Source: an uncultured Cytophagia bacterium (GTDB taxonomy: Bacteria; Zhuqueibacterota; Zhuqueibacteria; Thermofontimicrobiales; Thermofontimicrobiaceae). From it: DNA of 64,000 bases. The stretch covers positions 22,783-86,782 of the forward strand of contig CAYYMH010000011.1 in the NCBI GenBank assembly GCA_964472785.1, written 5' to 3'. Positions within the stretch are counted from its first letter, which is position 1. Each line of letters starts with the position of its first letter. Below, piece after piece: positions 1 to 9,652 of the stretch. A program made the position numbers and the translations under genes. A model generated the notes under the pieces. It had not been told where the DNA came from. It searched no databases and saw nothing but the letters and a program-made list of their open reading frames with translations.

Positions 1-13
1 GTCATCTTCAAAA

Positions 14-1774
14 TTGGCACACATCATGAAAATATTTAAACCATTAGCCATGCTGCGACCGTATTTTGCGCGCTATAAACGAGAGATCGCGGTTTCGATT
101 GTGTTGATCATCGTTGCCAATGGGCTGTATGCCGTATTGCCGAAAATTTTACAATTTGTGATTGATAAAATCGAAGTTGGCATCACACAGCAGGAGCTCA
201 TTCTTTATGCGTCGATTTTTGTCGTGCTGACTGCGGTGCAATCGTTGATTCGGTTTATTATCCGGCGGAAACTGGTTGGCATGTCGCGCAAGATCGAATA
301 CCATTTGCGGAACGATTATTTCAGTCATCTGCAAAAATTATCGCTCAAATTCTTCGTCCGCAACAAAACAGGGGACTTAATGGCGCGGGCAACCAATGAC
401 ATCCGTTCCGTTGCCATGACCATCGGGCGTGGGTTTATGTTTTTCTCCAGCAATGTTGTGGTTTTCAGCGTCGTGATCGTTCTCATGGTCACCACGAATC
501 TGAAACTCACCCTGCTCTGCCTGCTGCCGTTTCCGCTGGTGATGCTGGTGGTTTACAAGAGTATGAGTTTTTTCTTTCATACGTTTGAAAAAATTCAGGC
601 AAAATTTTCCGACATCACCGCCAAGGCACAGGAAAACATTTCCGGCGTTAGGGTGATCAAAGCGTACGTTCAGGAGGAGCACGAAGTCGATCAATTCCAG
701 AATTTGAATCATGAATACCTCAGCGAAAACCTGAAACTTGCCAAAGGCAGAGGTGCGATGTGGGCGAGCATGGAAATATTGTTCGGGCTGGCGTTTATCT
801 TTCTGCTCTGGTTTGGCGGCAATGCGGCGATTAAAGACCAGATCAGTATCGGTGATTTTGTAGCTTTTACGGTTTGGCTGGGCATGTTAGCCTGGCCCAT
901 CGTTTCGTTTGGCTGGATCATTAATTTACTGCAGCGGGCATCGGCATCCATGCACCGCATAAATAAAATCATGCTTGAAACGCCGGAAATTGAAAATACA
1001 GCGTCATGCGATTACGCGATAAAAGATATTCAGGGACGCGTCGAATTCAAAAATGTGACCTTCAGCTACAACGGGGAACCGGTGCTGAAAGACATCAATT
1101 TCGAACTGAAGCCGGGCAAGACGCTGGCACTCGTCGGCCCGACCGGCAGCGGAAAAACGACACTGATTAATTTGATCCCGCGCCTGATTGATGCGACAGC
1201 CGGTCAGGTTTTGATCGACGGACGCGATCTTCGTTCAATTCCGTTAGCGGTGCTGCGGCGGCATATCGGGTTCGTGCCCCAGGAAACATTTTTATTTTCA
1301 GAAACCATTGAGGAAAACATCTCGTTTGGAGTTGAAAATTCACGACATGAAGAGATCGATTGGGCAGCCCAAATATCCACTATACGCGAGGATTTGAAAA
1401 ATTTTCCGGAAAAATATCAGACATTGATCGGTGAACGAGGCGTCAATTTATCCGGCGGACAGAAACAACGAACAGCCATTTCCCGGGCTTTGCTCAAGAA
1501 ACCGAAAATTTTGATTCTGGATGACGCATTGTCTTCAGTGGACACGTACACCGAAGAGAAGATACTCAAAAGCCTGAAGGATAATCATTTTTCACAAACC
1601 AATGTCATCATTTCTCACCGCATCTCGTCCGTCAAACACGCGGACTTAATTCTGGTGTTGAAGGACGGAGAAATTACTCAGCGGGGATCGCATCAAAAAC
1701 TGGTCAGAGAAAAAGGGCTTTACGCAGAGCTTCATGAGCAGCAATTACTGGAAAAAGCCATTGAGGATATGTAG
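14..1774 (+). CDS. ABC transporter ATP-binding/permease protein (fused TMD-NBD exporter, subunit A of a probable heterodimer)
   Basis: 586 aa. The N-terminal part is a 6-TM domain. Walker A is GPTGSGKTT and the ABC signature is LSGGQKQR, followed by a Walker B ILILDDALS-type segment. The next gene is a paralog 35 bp downstream. Confidence 0.9.
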   Translation: MAHIMKIFKPLAMLRPYFARYKREIAVSIVLIIVANGLYAVLPKILQFVIDKIEVGITQQELILYASIFVVLTAVQSLIRFIIRRKLVGMSRKIEYHLRNDYFSHLQKLSLKFFVRNKTGDLMARATNDIRSVAMTIGRGFMFFSSNVVVFSVVIVLMVTTNLKLTLLCLLPFPLVMLVVYKSMSFFFHTFEKIQAKFSDITAKAQENISGVRVIKAYVQEEHEVDQFQNLNHEYLSENLKLAKGRGAMWASMEILFGLAFIFLLWFGGNAAIKDQISIGDFVAFTVWLGMLAWPIVSFGWIINLLQRASASMHRINKIMLETPEIENTASCDYAIKDIQGRVEFKNVTFSYNGEPVLKDINFELKPGKTLALVGPTGSGKTTLINLIPRLIDATAGQVLIDGRDLRSIPLAVLRRHIGFVPQETFLFSETIEENISFGVENSRHEEIDWAAQISTIREDLKNFPEKYQTLIGERGVNLSGGQKQRTAISRALLKKPKILILDDALSSVDTYTEEKILKSLKDNHFSQTNVIISHRISSVKHADLILVLKDGEITQRGSHQKLVREKGLYAELHEQQLLEKAIEDM

Positions 1775-1808
1775 CCGAATTACTTATTATTACAAAGGAT
1801 AATCGAGA

Positions 1809-3626
1809 TTGAAAAGCAGTTATCACGACGAAGAAATACTTGGCAAAGCCTACGACAGCCGGCTTTTTAAACGGCTTCTGGAATACCTGAAACCTTATAA
1901 GGTTCAAGTGGTGGTGGGTATCCTGTTGGTGCTTATCGCAACCGGGCTCGAACTGCTGGGTCCGTACCTGATCAAAGTTGCCATCGATCAATACATCGTC
2001 ACCAAGATTTCCGAAGGCTTGATCACGATTGTGCTCATTTATCTGGGATTGCTGATATTCAAATTTATTTTTCAGGTGATTCGTGCGTACCTGATGCAAT
2101 GGATCGGACAAAAGGTGGTGTTTGACATCCGCATGAAAATTTTCAAACATTTTCAAAAATTGTCGCTGTCATTTTTTGATAAAAATCCTGTCGGACGTCT
2201 GGTGACCCGGGTTACCACAGATGTGGAAACATTGAACGAGTGGTTTTCAGCGGGAATTGTCTCGATTTTCGGGGATGTATTTCTGCTGCTCGGTATCGTG
2301 ATTGTAATGATCAATATTCAATGGAAATTGGCGCTGGTCACTTTTTCGGTGCTGCCGATTCTCATTTATATCACCGTCTTTTTCCGAAAACGGATTCGCA
2401 CGGCCTACCGCGACATCAGAACGCGGATTGCCAAAATCAATTCCTATCTGCAGGAAAACATCAGCGGGATGACCGTGGTGCAGATTTTCAACCGGGAAAA
2501 ACGTAATTTTAAAAAATTCGACCAGTTGAACCAAAGTCACCTGGAAGCACATTTGCGTTCGATTTTTTACTACTCCATTTTCCTGCCATCCATCGATGTG
2601 ATCGAATCCATTGCGTTGGCGTTGATTATTTGGTACGGCGGCATGCAGTATTACGCGGAAAATGTCACGTTCGGTATTCTGGTGTTGTTCATTCAGTACT
2701 CCAAGCGTTTCTTCCGCCCGATCTCCGATTTGACGGATAAGTATAATATTATGCAATCTGCCATGGCAGCGTCGGAGCGGATTTTTATGTTATTAGATGA
2801 AAAACCGGAAATCACCAATCCGGAACAACCAAAGACGCTCACTCAATTCAATGGTCGTATTGAGTTCCGAAATGTCTGGTTCGCGTACAAAAATAAAAAA
2901 GACGGCTCACCGGACTATGTGCTGAAGGATATTTCTTTTACAGTGAATCCCGGAGAACGCATCGCATTTGTCGGCGCCACTGGAGCCGGGAAGACATCGA
3001 TTATGAATTTGCTCTGCCGGTTTTACGACGTTACCGAGGGAGAAATTTTGCTGGACGGTATCAATATCAAAGACCTGAAAATTCAAGACCTGCGTAAAAA
3101 TCTCGGATTGGTGCTTCAGGATGTGTTTATTTTCGCGGGAACAGTGGAGGAAAACATCCGGCTGGGCAATGCGGGAATCAGTTCCGACCGAATCAAAAAT
3201 TCTGCAAAAGATGCAAACGCCCACCATTTCATCAAAAATCTGCCCGACAAATATGATGAATTTATGATGGAGCGGGGAGCTTCGCTATCCACCGGTCAAA
3301 AACAATTGCTTGCCTTTGCCCGCGCGCTGGCTTTTGATCCGAATGTTCTGATCCTGGATGAAGCAACATCGAGCGTGGACACTGAATCGGAAAAATTAAT
3401 TCAGCAAGCGCTCAACAGACTGATGGCAAACCGGACTTCCATTTGCATCGCGCATCGTCTGTCCACCATTCAAAATTGTGACCGGATTATTGTCATGCAC
3501 AAGGGACAAATTCGCGAGGAGGGTTCTCATCAGGAATTACTGAAATTGAAGGGAATTTATTACACGCTGTATCAATTGCAGTTTATGGATAAAAAATTTC
3601 AAGCGGATGCATCAGTCAAAAATTGA
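1809..3626 (+). CDS. ABC transporter ATP-binding/permease protein (subunit B of heterodimeric exporter)
   Basis: 605 aa with a TTG start preceded by aaagga. Walker A is GATGAGKTS, the signature is LSTGQKQL and Walker B is LILDEATS. The TMD plus NBD architecture is MdlB/MsbA-like. Confidence 0.88.
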   Translation: MKSSYHDEEILGKAYDSRLFKRLLEYLKPYKVQVVVGILLVLIATGLELLGPYLIKVAIDQYIVTKISEGLITIVLIYLGLLIFKFIFQVIRAYLMQWIGQKVVFDIRMKIFKHFQKLSLSFFDKNPVGRLVTRVTTDVETLNEWFSAGIVSIFGDVFLLLGIVIVMINIQWKLALVTFSVLPILIYITVFFRKRIRTAYRDIRTRIAKINSYLQENISGMTVVQIFNREKRNFKKFDQLNQSHLEAHLRSIFYYSIFLPSIDVIESIALALIIWYGGMQYYAENVTFGILVLFIQYSKRFFRPISDLTDKYNIMQSAMAASERIFMLLDEKPEITNPEQPKTLTQFNGRIEFRNVWFAYKNKKDGSPDYVLKDISFTVNPGERIAFVGATGAGKTSIMNLLCRFYDVTEGEILLDGINIKDLKIQDLRKNLGLVLQDVFIFAGTVEENIRLGNAGISSDRIKNSAKDANAHHFIKNLPDKYDEFMMERGASLSTGQKQLLAFARALAFDPNVLILDEATSSVDTESEKLIQQALNRLMANRTSICIAHRLSTIQNCDRIIVMHKGQIREEGSHQELLKLKGIYYTLYQLQFMDKKFQADASVKN

Positions 3627-3638
3627 CAGGAATTTTGT

Positions 3639-4433
3639 TTAGTCTTCAAATAAAAATTGAAAGATACTTTTTTCAGTCTCCACCTTTGACTTTAATAAAT
3701 CTGATTTTCGCTCGCTAACTGTTTCATCTCGTTTACATAGATGCTTGATCAATTTCATATCATCATTCCACCTAACGCCGTCAAAAAACTCGACACCTTT
3801 GTGATCACGGATTTTATACAGCGCTTTGGTCTTGTAACATGTACCGAGATAGACGTAATCCAAATTCTGCTCCATCGCCCAGCGGATCGTCCGCCACATC
3901 ATCCATTTGCCCAATGAATGCGATTTTAAATAATCGAGGTCAAAAAAGGAGTACCAGTAATGGAGCGTGTTACCGTGAATCGCCGCACAGACATAACCAT
4001 ACGTTTTTTCAACCGATCTAAAAATGAGGATGTGGCTCAAGATATTCCCGTTGAAAATGTACTTAATCCGGGCTTCATCCATTCGTCCGCCATCGAAGCG
4101 GGTTTCAGCGTATTGTTTGCAAAAGCCTAAAAAATCATTTTCGTTGGTATCAAAATCTGATTTTTGAACAGGTATCAAATCAATCTTCAGTGGTTCGACC
4201 AAACGGTTCACTCGCCGGTTTTCCGAGGTATCTGTAAATTTATCCAGATTGATCCGCACACTTCGAGCCAGATAAAAAATGTCTTTTTTAATAGAGAAAT
4301 CCCCTGTAAATGGCAAAAAACCTTTTGCGTAGATTTCGGGAATTTCCTGTTGAGTTTCTTTGACGCAATATACGCCAAAGGAAAAAGTGTAGGTTTGATA
4401 ATCGATTTGGTGTTGTGAGAAGATGAGTTTCAT
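3639..4433 (-). CDS. ATE_C-domain protein (arginyl/leucyl-tRNA--protein transferase, Bpt-like)
   Basis: The C-terminal region HYWYSFFDLDY...SLGKWMMWRTIRWAMEQNLDYVYLG...DGVRW matches the conserved ATE_C/Bpt block (YxFYDPDY...SLG...YVYLGYWI). The start was moved to the internal ATG at 4431-4433 (MKLIFSQ). Confidence 0.55.
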   Translation of the reverse strand: MKLIFSQHQIDYQTYTFSFGVYCVKETQQEIPEIYAKGFLPFTGDFSIKKDIFYLARSVRINLDKFTDTSENRRVNRLVEPLKIDLIPVQKSDFDTNENDFLGFCKQYAETRFDGGRMDEARIKYIFNGNILSHILIFRSVEKTYGYVCAAIHGNTLHYWYSFFDLDYLKSHSLGKWMMWRTIRWAMEQNLDYVYLGTCYKTKALYKIRDHKGVEFFDGVRWNDDMKLIKHLCKRDETVSERKSDLLKSKVETEKSIFQFLFED

Positions 4434-4458
4434 AATCTTATTTGAAATAAATTTACAT

Positions 4459-5433
4459 TCAGCTCCAAGACACGCGATGAGAATACAGACTCTGCGGATG
4501 ACCAATAATATTTATATCAAATTTAAGGGAAGTTTCTACCCTTGAGCTTGCGCTGTGAATTCGAAAAGATATTTGCCAGCCTTTGTCAAAAGTTAAGTGC
4601 AAAGTATTCGTTGAATTATTTTTATAACGGAATTCAATGATGCGTGTTGGGAATTGCAATTTTCCAACATGTATTGAGGGTCTAATTTCATTAGCAGGTT
4701 TGTTCAGTGTCCCATTGAAATTGAAAGCCTGAATAAGTGTAAGTCGATTTTCTTTTATCACTTTGTAAAAGTCTTGTTTACCTATAAGATAGTGGAGTAA
4801 TCTTTCTGGAACAATGGATGGATTTTTTCTGTCAATTTTTAACAACTCATTCCTGAATGCGTTCAGTACTTTCTGATATATTTCGTGTTTTTTAGGTAAT
4901 GAACTCCATAACGTTTTTGACTTACTCAACGGTCTCAGCGCATCAAAAATTTCTTTTACTTTAGTGATATACTCCGATGAACATGGTATTCCAAGCCATT
5001 TTTTACCAAAATCAATTCGACCGGATAATCTTGAGTGTTTCAAGGCGCGATGTTGATTTTTCGCTGAAATTCCAATTTCCCACTGGTGTTTCTTTCTGAT
5101 TGCTAATATGTCTCTTGTATCTCCCACAATACCAGCTTTATCTGAAATTAATTGTAATTCCAAAGCATCATTTTTTGACAAGGGATTCGTAAGCCGAGGT
5201 TCCAATAACATCAAATGCTTAATAGCCGATTCCGACGCTCGTTTGTACTTATGTTGTTCCTTATCACTGCATTTATTAAAACATTCTAACGCTATATCGA
5301 ATGAGCGATCTTCTACAATTTTAACATCTTGTTTATGACTTAACAGTTCATATAATTTTATCAGAAGAGAATATTCAAATGCCTTACCTGTCTCCCTTTG
5401 ACTAAGCGGGGTCATTATTTCTTTCTCCTTCAA
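4459..5433 (-). CDS. putative type II restriction endonuclease (partner of the adjacent Dam-family methyltransferase)
   Basis: 324 aa with no family recognised by eye. The call is positional: it is co-oriented with the upstream methyltransferase and overlaps its stop by 4 nt (ATGA). The gene is low in GC (about 33%) relative to its neighbours. Confidence 0.4.
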   Translation of the reverse strand: MKEKEIMTPLSQRETGKAFEYSLLIKLYELLSHKQDVKIVEDRSFDIALECFNKCSDKEQHKYKRASESAIKHLMLLEPRLTNPLSKNDALELQLISDKAGIVGDTRDILAIRKKHQWEIGISAKNQHRALKHSRLSGRIDFGKKWLGIPCSSEYITKVKEIFDALRPLSKSKTLWSSLPKKHEIYQKVLNAFRNELLKIDRKNPSIVPERLLHYLIGKQDFYKVIKENRLTLIQAFNFNGTLNKPANEIRPSIHVGKLQFPTRIIEFRYKNNSTNTLHLTFDKGWQISFRIHSASSRVETSLKFDINIIGHPQSLYSHRVSWS

Positions 5434-6314
5434 AGATTGAAATAAGCCTGGATATCTTTGCTAAGTATGAGTACTTCTCTCGAATTCTTATCATTTGACA
5501 TACCGTATTTCCAAACGGGAAAAAGTATTTTATAATTCTTATAAAGGTCTAATATTTCAGGACAATTGTTATAAGAAAGAAGCCAGTTGTCTCTATTATC
5601 TAAAATCTTAAACAATGCTAAATGATCAAAATCTCTATGTGCGTCTCCGTTTCTGCCATATAAATTATTCTTTATCAAATAAGGTGGATCCAAATAAAGA
5701 AACATATTGGGATGTCTTTCAATCGAATATCGGAAGTCAAAATTTCGAACTTTTATTAGGGGATTATGAAAGTTTCTGATTCGATCAATTGAAGTTAATG
5801 TAAATCTGGGATGTCCCGGAGACATTCCTCCCGATAAGGTCGAACCAGAGTATGATGATCTATTTAAAACATAAAATACAACGGCTCTTTCTATTTTTGT
5901 TTTAAATGATTTTTGCACTTTTTGTAGATGATAAAATTTTTCTTTTGAAAGAGGATAATATTTTAATACATGGTTTGCGAGTTCATGAGGGTCATCAATC
6001 AAGGATTGCCAAAATTCAACCAAAGGTTTAAATATATCGTATCCAAAAACTTTTATTCCTCTTCCGGTGCAGGCTAATTCAACGGAGCCCCCTCCGATAA
6101 ATGGAGCACACATTTCATCAATGAATTTGGGAATTAGCGACAAAATAATATTGACGGCTCTTGTTTTCCCACCAGGATATCTTAACAGAGATTTTGTAGA
6201 ATATTTTACGGTTTCACAAGTGGTACTAAAAAGATGCTCCAAGGAACCATCGTCTTTCACTACTTTTACGCTTTTGTTTCCCCCAGATACGATGTAGGAA
6301 TGATTTTTAATCAT
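5430..6314 (-). CDS. DNA N6-adenine methyltransferase, Dam/D12 class
   Basis: RYPGGKTR (Dam motif X-like), FIGGGSV (AdoMet-binding motif I) and YLDPPYL (catalytic DPPY motif IV) are all present. Confidence 0.85.
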   Translation of the reverse strand: MIKNHSYIVSGGNKSVKVVKDDGSLEHLFSTTCETVKYSTKSLLRYPGGKTRAVNIILSLIPKFIDEMCAPFIGGGSVELACTGRGIKVFGYDIFKPLVEFWQSLIDDPHELANHVLKYYPLSKEKFYHLQKVQKSFKTKIERAVVFYVLNRSSYSGSTLSGGMSPGHPRFTLTSIDRIRNFHNPLIKVRNFDFRYSIERHPNMFLYLDPPYLIKNNLYGRNGDAHRDFDHLALFKILDNRDNWLLSYNNCPEILDLYKNYKILFPVWKYGMSNDKNSREVLILSKDIQAYFNL

Positions 6315-6460
6315 TTAAGGTGCCAGATTCATTAGTTTCTTCCTGAAATTGAAATCATAAGATAAAAATATGAAATTTGTAAATTAATATCAAGAGTTAA
6401 TTTGTACAAAGATTTTAAATCGTGAAATTATTGGGGTTATTATTTTGTTGAAACCAACCA

Positions 6461-7060
6461 CTAATTGATATTATTCATTGCTACTGATACCCGAATCACT
6501 CCCCGAAAATCTCCTTCTTCGTAACCCAATGCGTTATCTTCCGGATAATTTTCCTGCAATGATTTCAGAATGCCATCATCCACCTGCTGTTTCGCCCCAT
6601 GACATTTGAGACACAGTTTCGTCATTCGCATCGGTTTGTAATAGCTTAAAACCTGATTCGATTCCTCTGTTTGAATGTAATGCTTCGGCAGGCTGTCATG
6701 TTCTGCTAATGTTGTCTCAAAATATTCCAATGCTTTCTTTTCATATTGATCCGGCGCGTTAGCTGGGTTTCTGTACTTAAAAGACGTTCTTTTAATTTCA
6801 ACACCTTCCGGCAAATTCTGCTGCACATCATCCGTAATAGGCATTGCCTGAACCGCACAAAATTCGAATGCAGTAACCGGATCACTTTCATTCAAAGCTT
6901 CGATCAGATGGGTTTTCAGCTCTTTCATCAACGCATTGGAAGACGACTCCCCGATCTGGATTATCTTTTGTTCTTGCTGCTCGGTGAGCTTTGATTGGTC
7001 ATCAGAACATCCCCAAAAAGTAAGCGTAATCAAAAACGATGTGAAAATGATACTTTTCAT
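6461..7060 (-). CDS. DUF3365-like lipoprotein with CxxCH heme-binding motif
   Basis: It has a signal peptide plus lipobox (LTFWGC). A CLKCHG motif sits near the C-terminus. Its size and layout resemble Tll0287/DUF3365 proteins. Confidence 0.45.
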   Translation of the reverse strand: MKSIIFTSFLITLTFWGCSDDQSKLTEQQEQKIIQIGESSSNALMKELKTHLIEALNESDPVTAFEFCAVQAMPITDDVQQNLPEGVEIKRTSFKYRNPANAPDQYEKKALEYFETTLAEHDSLPKHYIQTEESNQVLSYYKPMRMTKLCLKCHGAKQQVDDGILKSLQENYPEDNALGYEEGDFRGVIRVSVAMNNIN

Positions 7061-7098
7061 TGATGATTCCTCCTTATTTTGATATTTTTGTCGCCCGA

Positions 7099-7539
7099 TT
7101 ATTTCAATTTTTTTCTGTAAATAATCATTCGCCCCGCCTGTTTAAAACCGAGCGCCTGGTGAGTTTTCTGACCGATTTTATTTGTTGTTTTGGTGTCGGA
7201 ATAAATTTCTTCGCAGCCCTGGCGTTGTGTCCACTTTTCCGCCTCTTCAAGCAGCGCCTTACCGAATCCCTTATTACGGTATTTCTCCTCCACATACCAG
7301 CCTTCAATATAACCAACTTTAGCCGGCATAATTTTCATCATCGATTCACGCAACGCGACTTCAATAAATCCCACCGCTCGATCTTTTTCGAGGCAGATGA
7401 AAATACTGTATTTTTCCGGTAGCGACAGCATGAGCAACGCTTCTTTTTCATGCGTTGACAAACTTTGTCTGGGCCAAAGTTGATGGCGTAAACGGATCCA
7501 ACTGTCTAAATGTGAAGGTTCAACCAGAATGATTTGCAT
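7099..7539 (-). CDS. GNAT family N-acetyltransferase
   Basis: 146 aa. It carries the acetyl-CoA binding motif region RNKGFGKALL and a GWYVEEKYR block. Confidence 0.8.
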   Translation of the reverse strand: MQIILVEPSHLDSWIRLRHQLWPRQSLSTHEKEALLMLSLPEKYSIFICLEKDRAVGFIEVALRESMMKIMPAKVGYIEGWYVEEKYRNKGFGKALLEEAEKWTQRQGCEEIYSDTKTTNKIGQKTHQALGFKQAGRMIIYRKKLK

Positions 7540-7555
7540 TCTTCTTTCCTTGATT

Positions 7556-8275
7556 TTAACTTACTTTTCTCCAAATCCAATTAATTTCTTTTTGCATTCG
7601 AAACAGATAATACAATACAGACAAACTGCCTAAAAGGCTTAAAAATAAAAACGGAGAAAGTGTGTTTAACATTTGACCGTAATTAAGGAAACTGCTGACT
7701 GGCATTCCGATGATTAAGATAGAGGTAATAAAATCGGCAAGCCAATAAAATCCATAAAAGGCAAAAATAAGTTCAGTTGAAAAAGGGTCTAACTTGAATG
7801 ACCGTTGGGCAACTGAAATTGATCTTGTGAAAAAGTAATAAAAAATGATCGAAACAAACCGCTCACTGTATGCAATCAAATACATGAAAACGGGCTGATC
7901 AAACCTGCCACCTTCATCAAAAGTCCTGGTAGCGACTAATGCCGCCGATGTCAGAATAGCTGCAATCCATAAAACGATTTTGATAATCAATAAAATTTGG
8001 GCCGTGCTGAGCACATTACTTTTTTTAATAACAGTTAATGCCTTCTTGACTTCTGCGAGGTTAATGTAAAGCCAGTAGAGATAATAGAGACCAAATGTGA
8101 TGATACTGAGAAGGATCAGACCGATGAAGCTTCTTTCTTTGCCAGTTGAAATTTTCTTTGTGTCGGGTGACGCTTTTTCTTCAGGATTCAGCTTCTCGTA
8201 GCATTTATTGCAGATCGAATCTAATTTGAAAAATTCTGAGCTGGGATAACTTTTACCACATTTATCACACTTCAT
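7556..8275 (-). CDS. membrane protein with N-terminal zinc-ribbon (CxxC...CxxC) and DUF4234-like TM region
   Basis: The N-terminus reads MKCDKCG...CNKC. It has multiple hydrophobic helices and a YYLYWLY motif. Confidence 0.45.
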   Translation of the reverse strand: MKCDKCGKSYPSSEFFKLDSICNKCYEKLNPEEKASPDTKKISTGKERSFIGLILLSIITFGLYYLYWLYINLAEVKKALTVIKKSNVLSTAQILLIIKIVLWIAAILTSAALVATRTFDEGGRFDQPVFMYLIAYSERFVSIIFYYFFTRSISVAQRSFKLDPFSTELIFAFYGFYWLADFITSILIIGMPVSSFLNYGQMLNTLSPFLFLSLLGSLSVLYYLFRMQKEINWIWRKVS

Positions 8276-8470
8276 TTGCTCAACCCTCTTAAGATAAACA
8301 GATAATCAGTGGAGGAAAAATTTGTAATGTTAGCAAAAAGTACAAACTTTTTACGATAATGTCAACTTAAAAATGAAGAAAGATTGGTGAAATTTTGAAA
8401 CACAAAATTTGGGTCGGGCGTTAATGCACCTTTTTGTTAAACCAATTATTGGAATTATCAGAAAAAAAAA

Positions 8471-9634
8471 TCACTTCTCCACATTTTCATACCCAGTCAT
8501 TTCAACGTACCCCAAACCAGAGATAAATTTTCCGTTGGAAGTTCCTCTGAACGACACACTCCCTTCCCAATAACGAATGGAAACATTCAATTCCTGATTC
8601 GCGATATTCGGGATGATGGTCAACTCGACGTTCTCTTCCTGAATTTTCATTGTCCATTTTGCCGGATACAAATCGCCGAACGGACTTTGCCAATAATCCA
8701 ACACAGTCAATTTCACTTCTGTAAAATCAATACGACGACTCGTGCCATTTTTTTCAACAAAAGTACCGCTGCTAAATTTTGAAAGCGAACCGTCCGCATT
8801 TCGAATCTGGTAATACATAATTTCCCTCCCATCATCCAATTGAAGAGAGAACCAATCCCAGCCGACCTGATTTTTCCCTAAAGCGCTGGTACTCCATTCC
8901 CGGTCCAGCCAGGAATTGCCCTGAACAGCGAACTGTTGATCATCGACAGAAATATTTCCCTTGGTTTTTAACCGGGTAAATGAATAATAATACGAAGCAT
9001 TCCCCGGCTCCTGGCCCTTCTGGCTTAATCCTTTATCACCCTGAAAAACAACCGGTTTAGCCGCGGTCAGGTTAAGTCTGAGGCTAATATTTTCGTCGCT
9101 CGCAATTAAACTGACTGCTGGAAATTCGTATTGGATTTGAGCGGCGATTTGTTCAACCCGCCAATCATCCAGCCAGATTTCGAGCGGGCTTGCCTGAGCG
9201 CCGGTTAACTTTTGCGCGCCGCGATTGAAGCGTTCGAAAAAATAGAACTTTTGGTTTTTGACGTCAGTCAATGCAAGATGCGCCATGTAAATCTGATTCG
9301 CTGACCAATCAGATTGCCGATCAATTGAATCCGGATTAATCGCGTTCCGGAAAATCGTAAATTGGTATCCGAACAATCGATCATCTTCAGTTTTCAGATT
9401 TCCGGTAAAATACCACCACTCGGAACGAAATTCAGGGTGAGCGCCAAGATCGCGCGGAAACTCAAATTTAATCGGAGTCATCGCTCTGGCAAAACCCTCA
9501 TTCGCGGAATCCGCCAAAATATCAGTGACTCTGATTGATGCATCATTTTGAATTGGTGTGTTCTTGTTAATCCAGAAATAAACAATTATTCCAAAAGTAA
9601 AAACAAGTATCAAAAATGTTATCAACTTTTTCAT
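8471..9634 (-). CDS. AttH-like lipocalin/CrtC-domain protein
   Basis: It has an N-terminal TM or signal segment. The motif FPRDLGAHPEFRSEWWYFTGNL matches the AttH/CrtC-family signature (DHGAHP...EWWYxTG). It lies downstream of the FtsX permease and ABC ATPase, as in attEFGH-type operons. Confidence 0.6.
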   Translation of the reverse strand: MKKLITFLILVFTFGIIVYFWINKNTPIQNDASIRVTDILADSANEGFARAMTPIKFEFPRDLGAHPEFRSEWWYFTGNLKTEDDRLFGYQFTIFRNAINPDSIDRQSDWSANQIYMAHLALTDVKNQKFYFFERFNRGAQKLTGAQASPLEIWLDDWRVEQIAAQIQYEFPAVSLIASDENISLRLNLTAAKPVVFQGDKGLSQKGQEPGNASYYYSFTRLKTKGNISVDDQQFAVQGNSWLDREWSTSALGKNQVGWDWFSLQLDDGREIMYYQIRNADGSLSKFSSGTFVEKNGTSRRIDFTEVKLTVLDYWQSPFGDLYPAKWTMKIQEENVELTIIPNIANQELNVSIRYWEGSVSFRGTSNGKFISGLGYVEMTGYENVEK

Positions 9635-9652
9635 TTGCTTATCTGCTAAATT

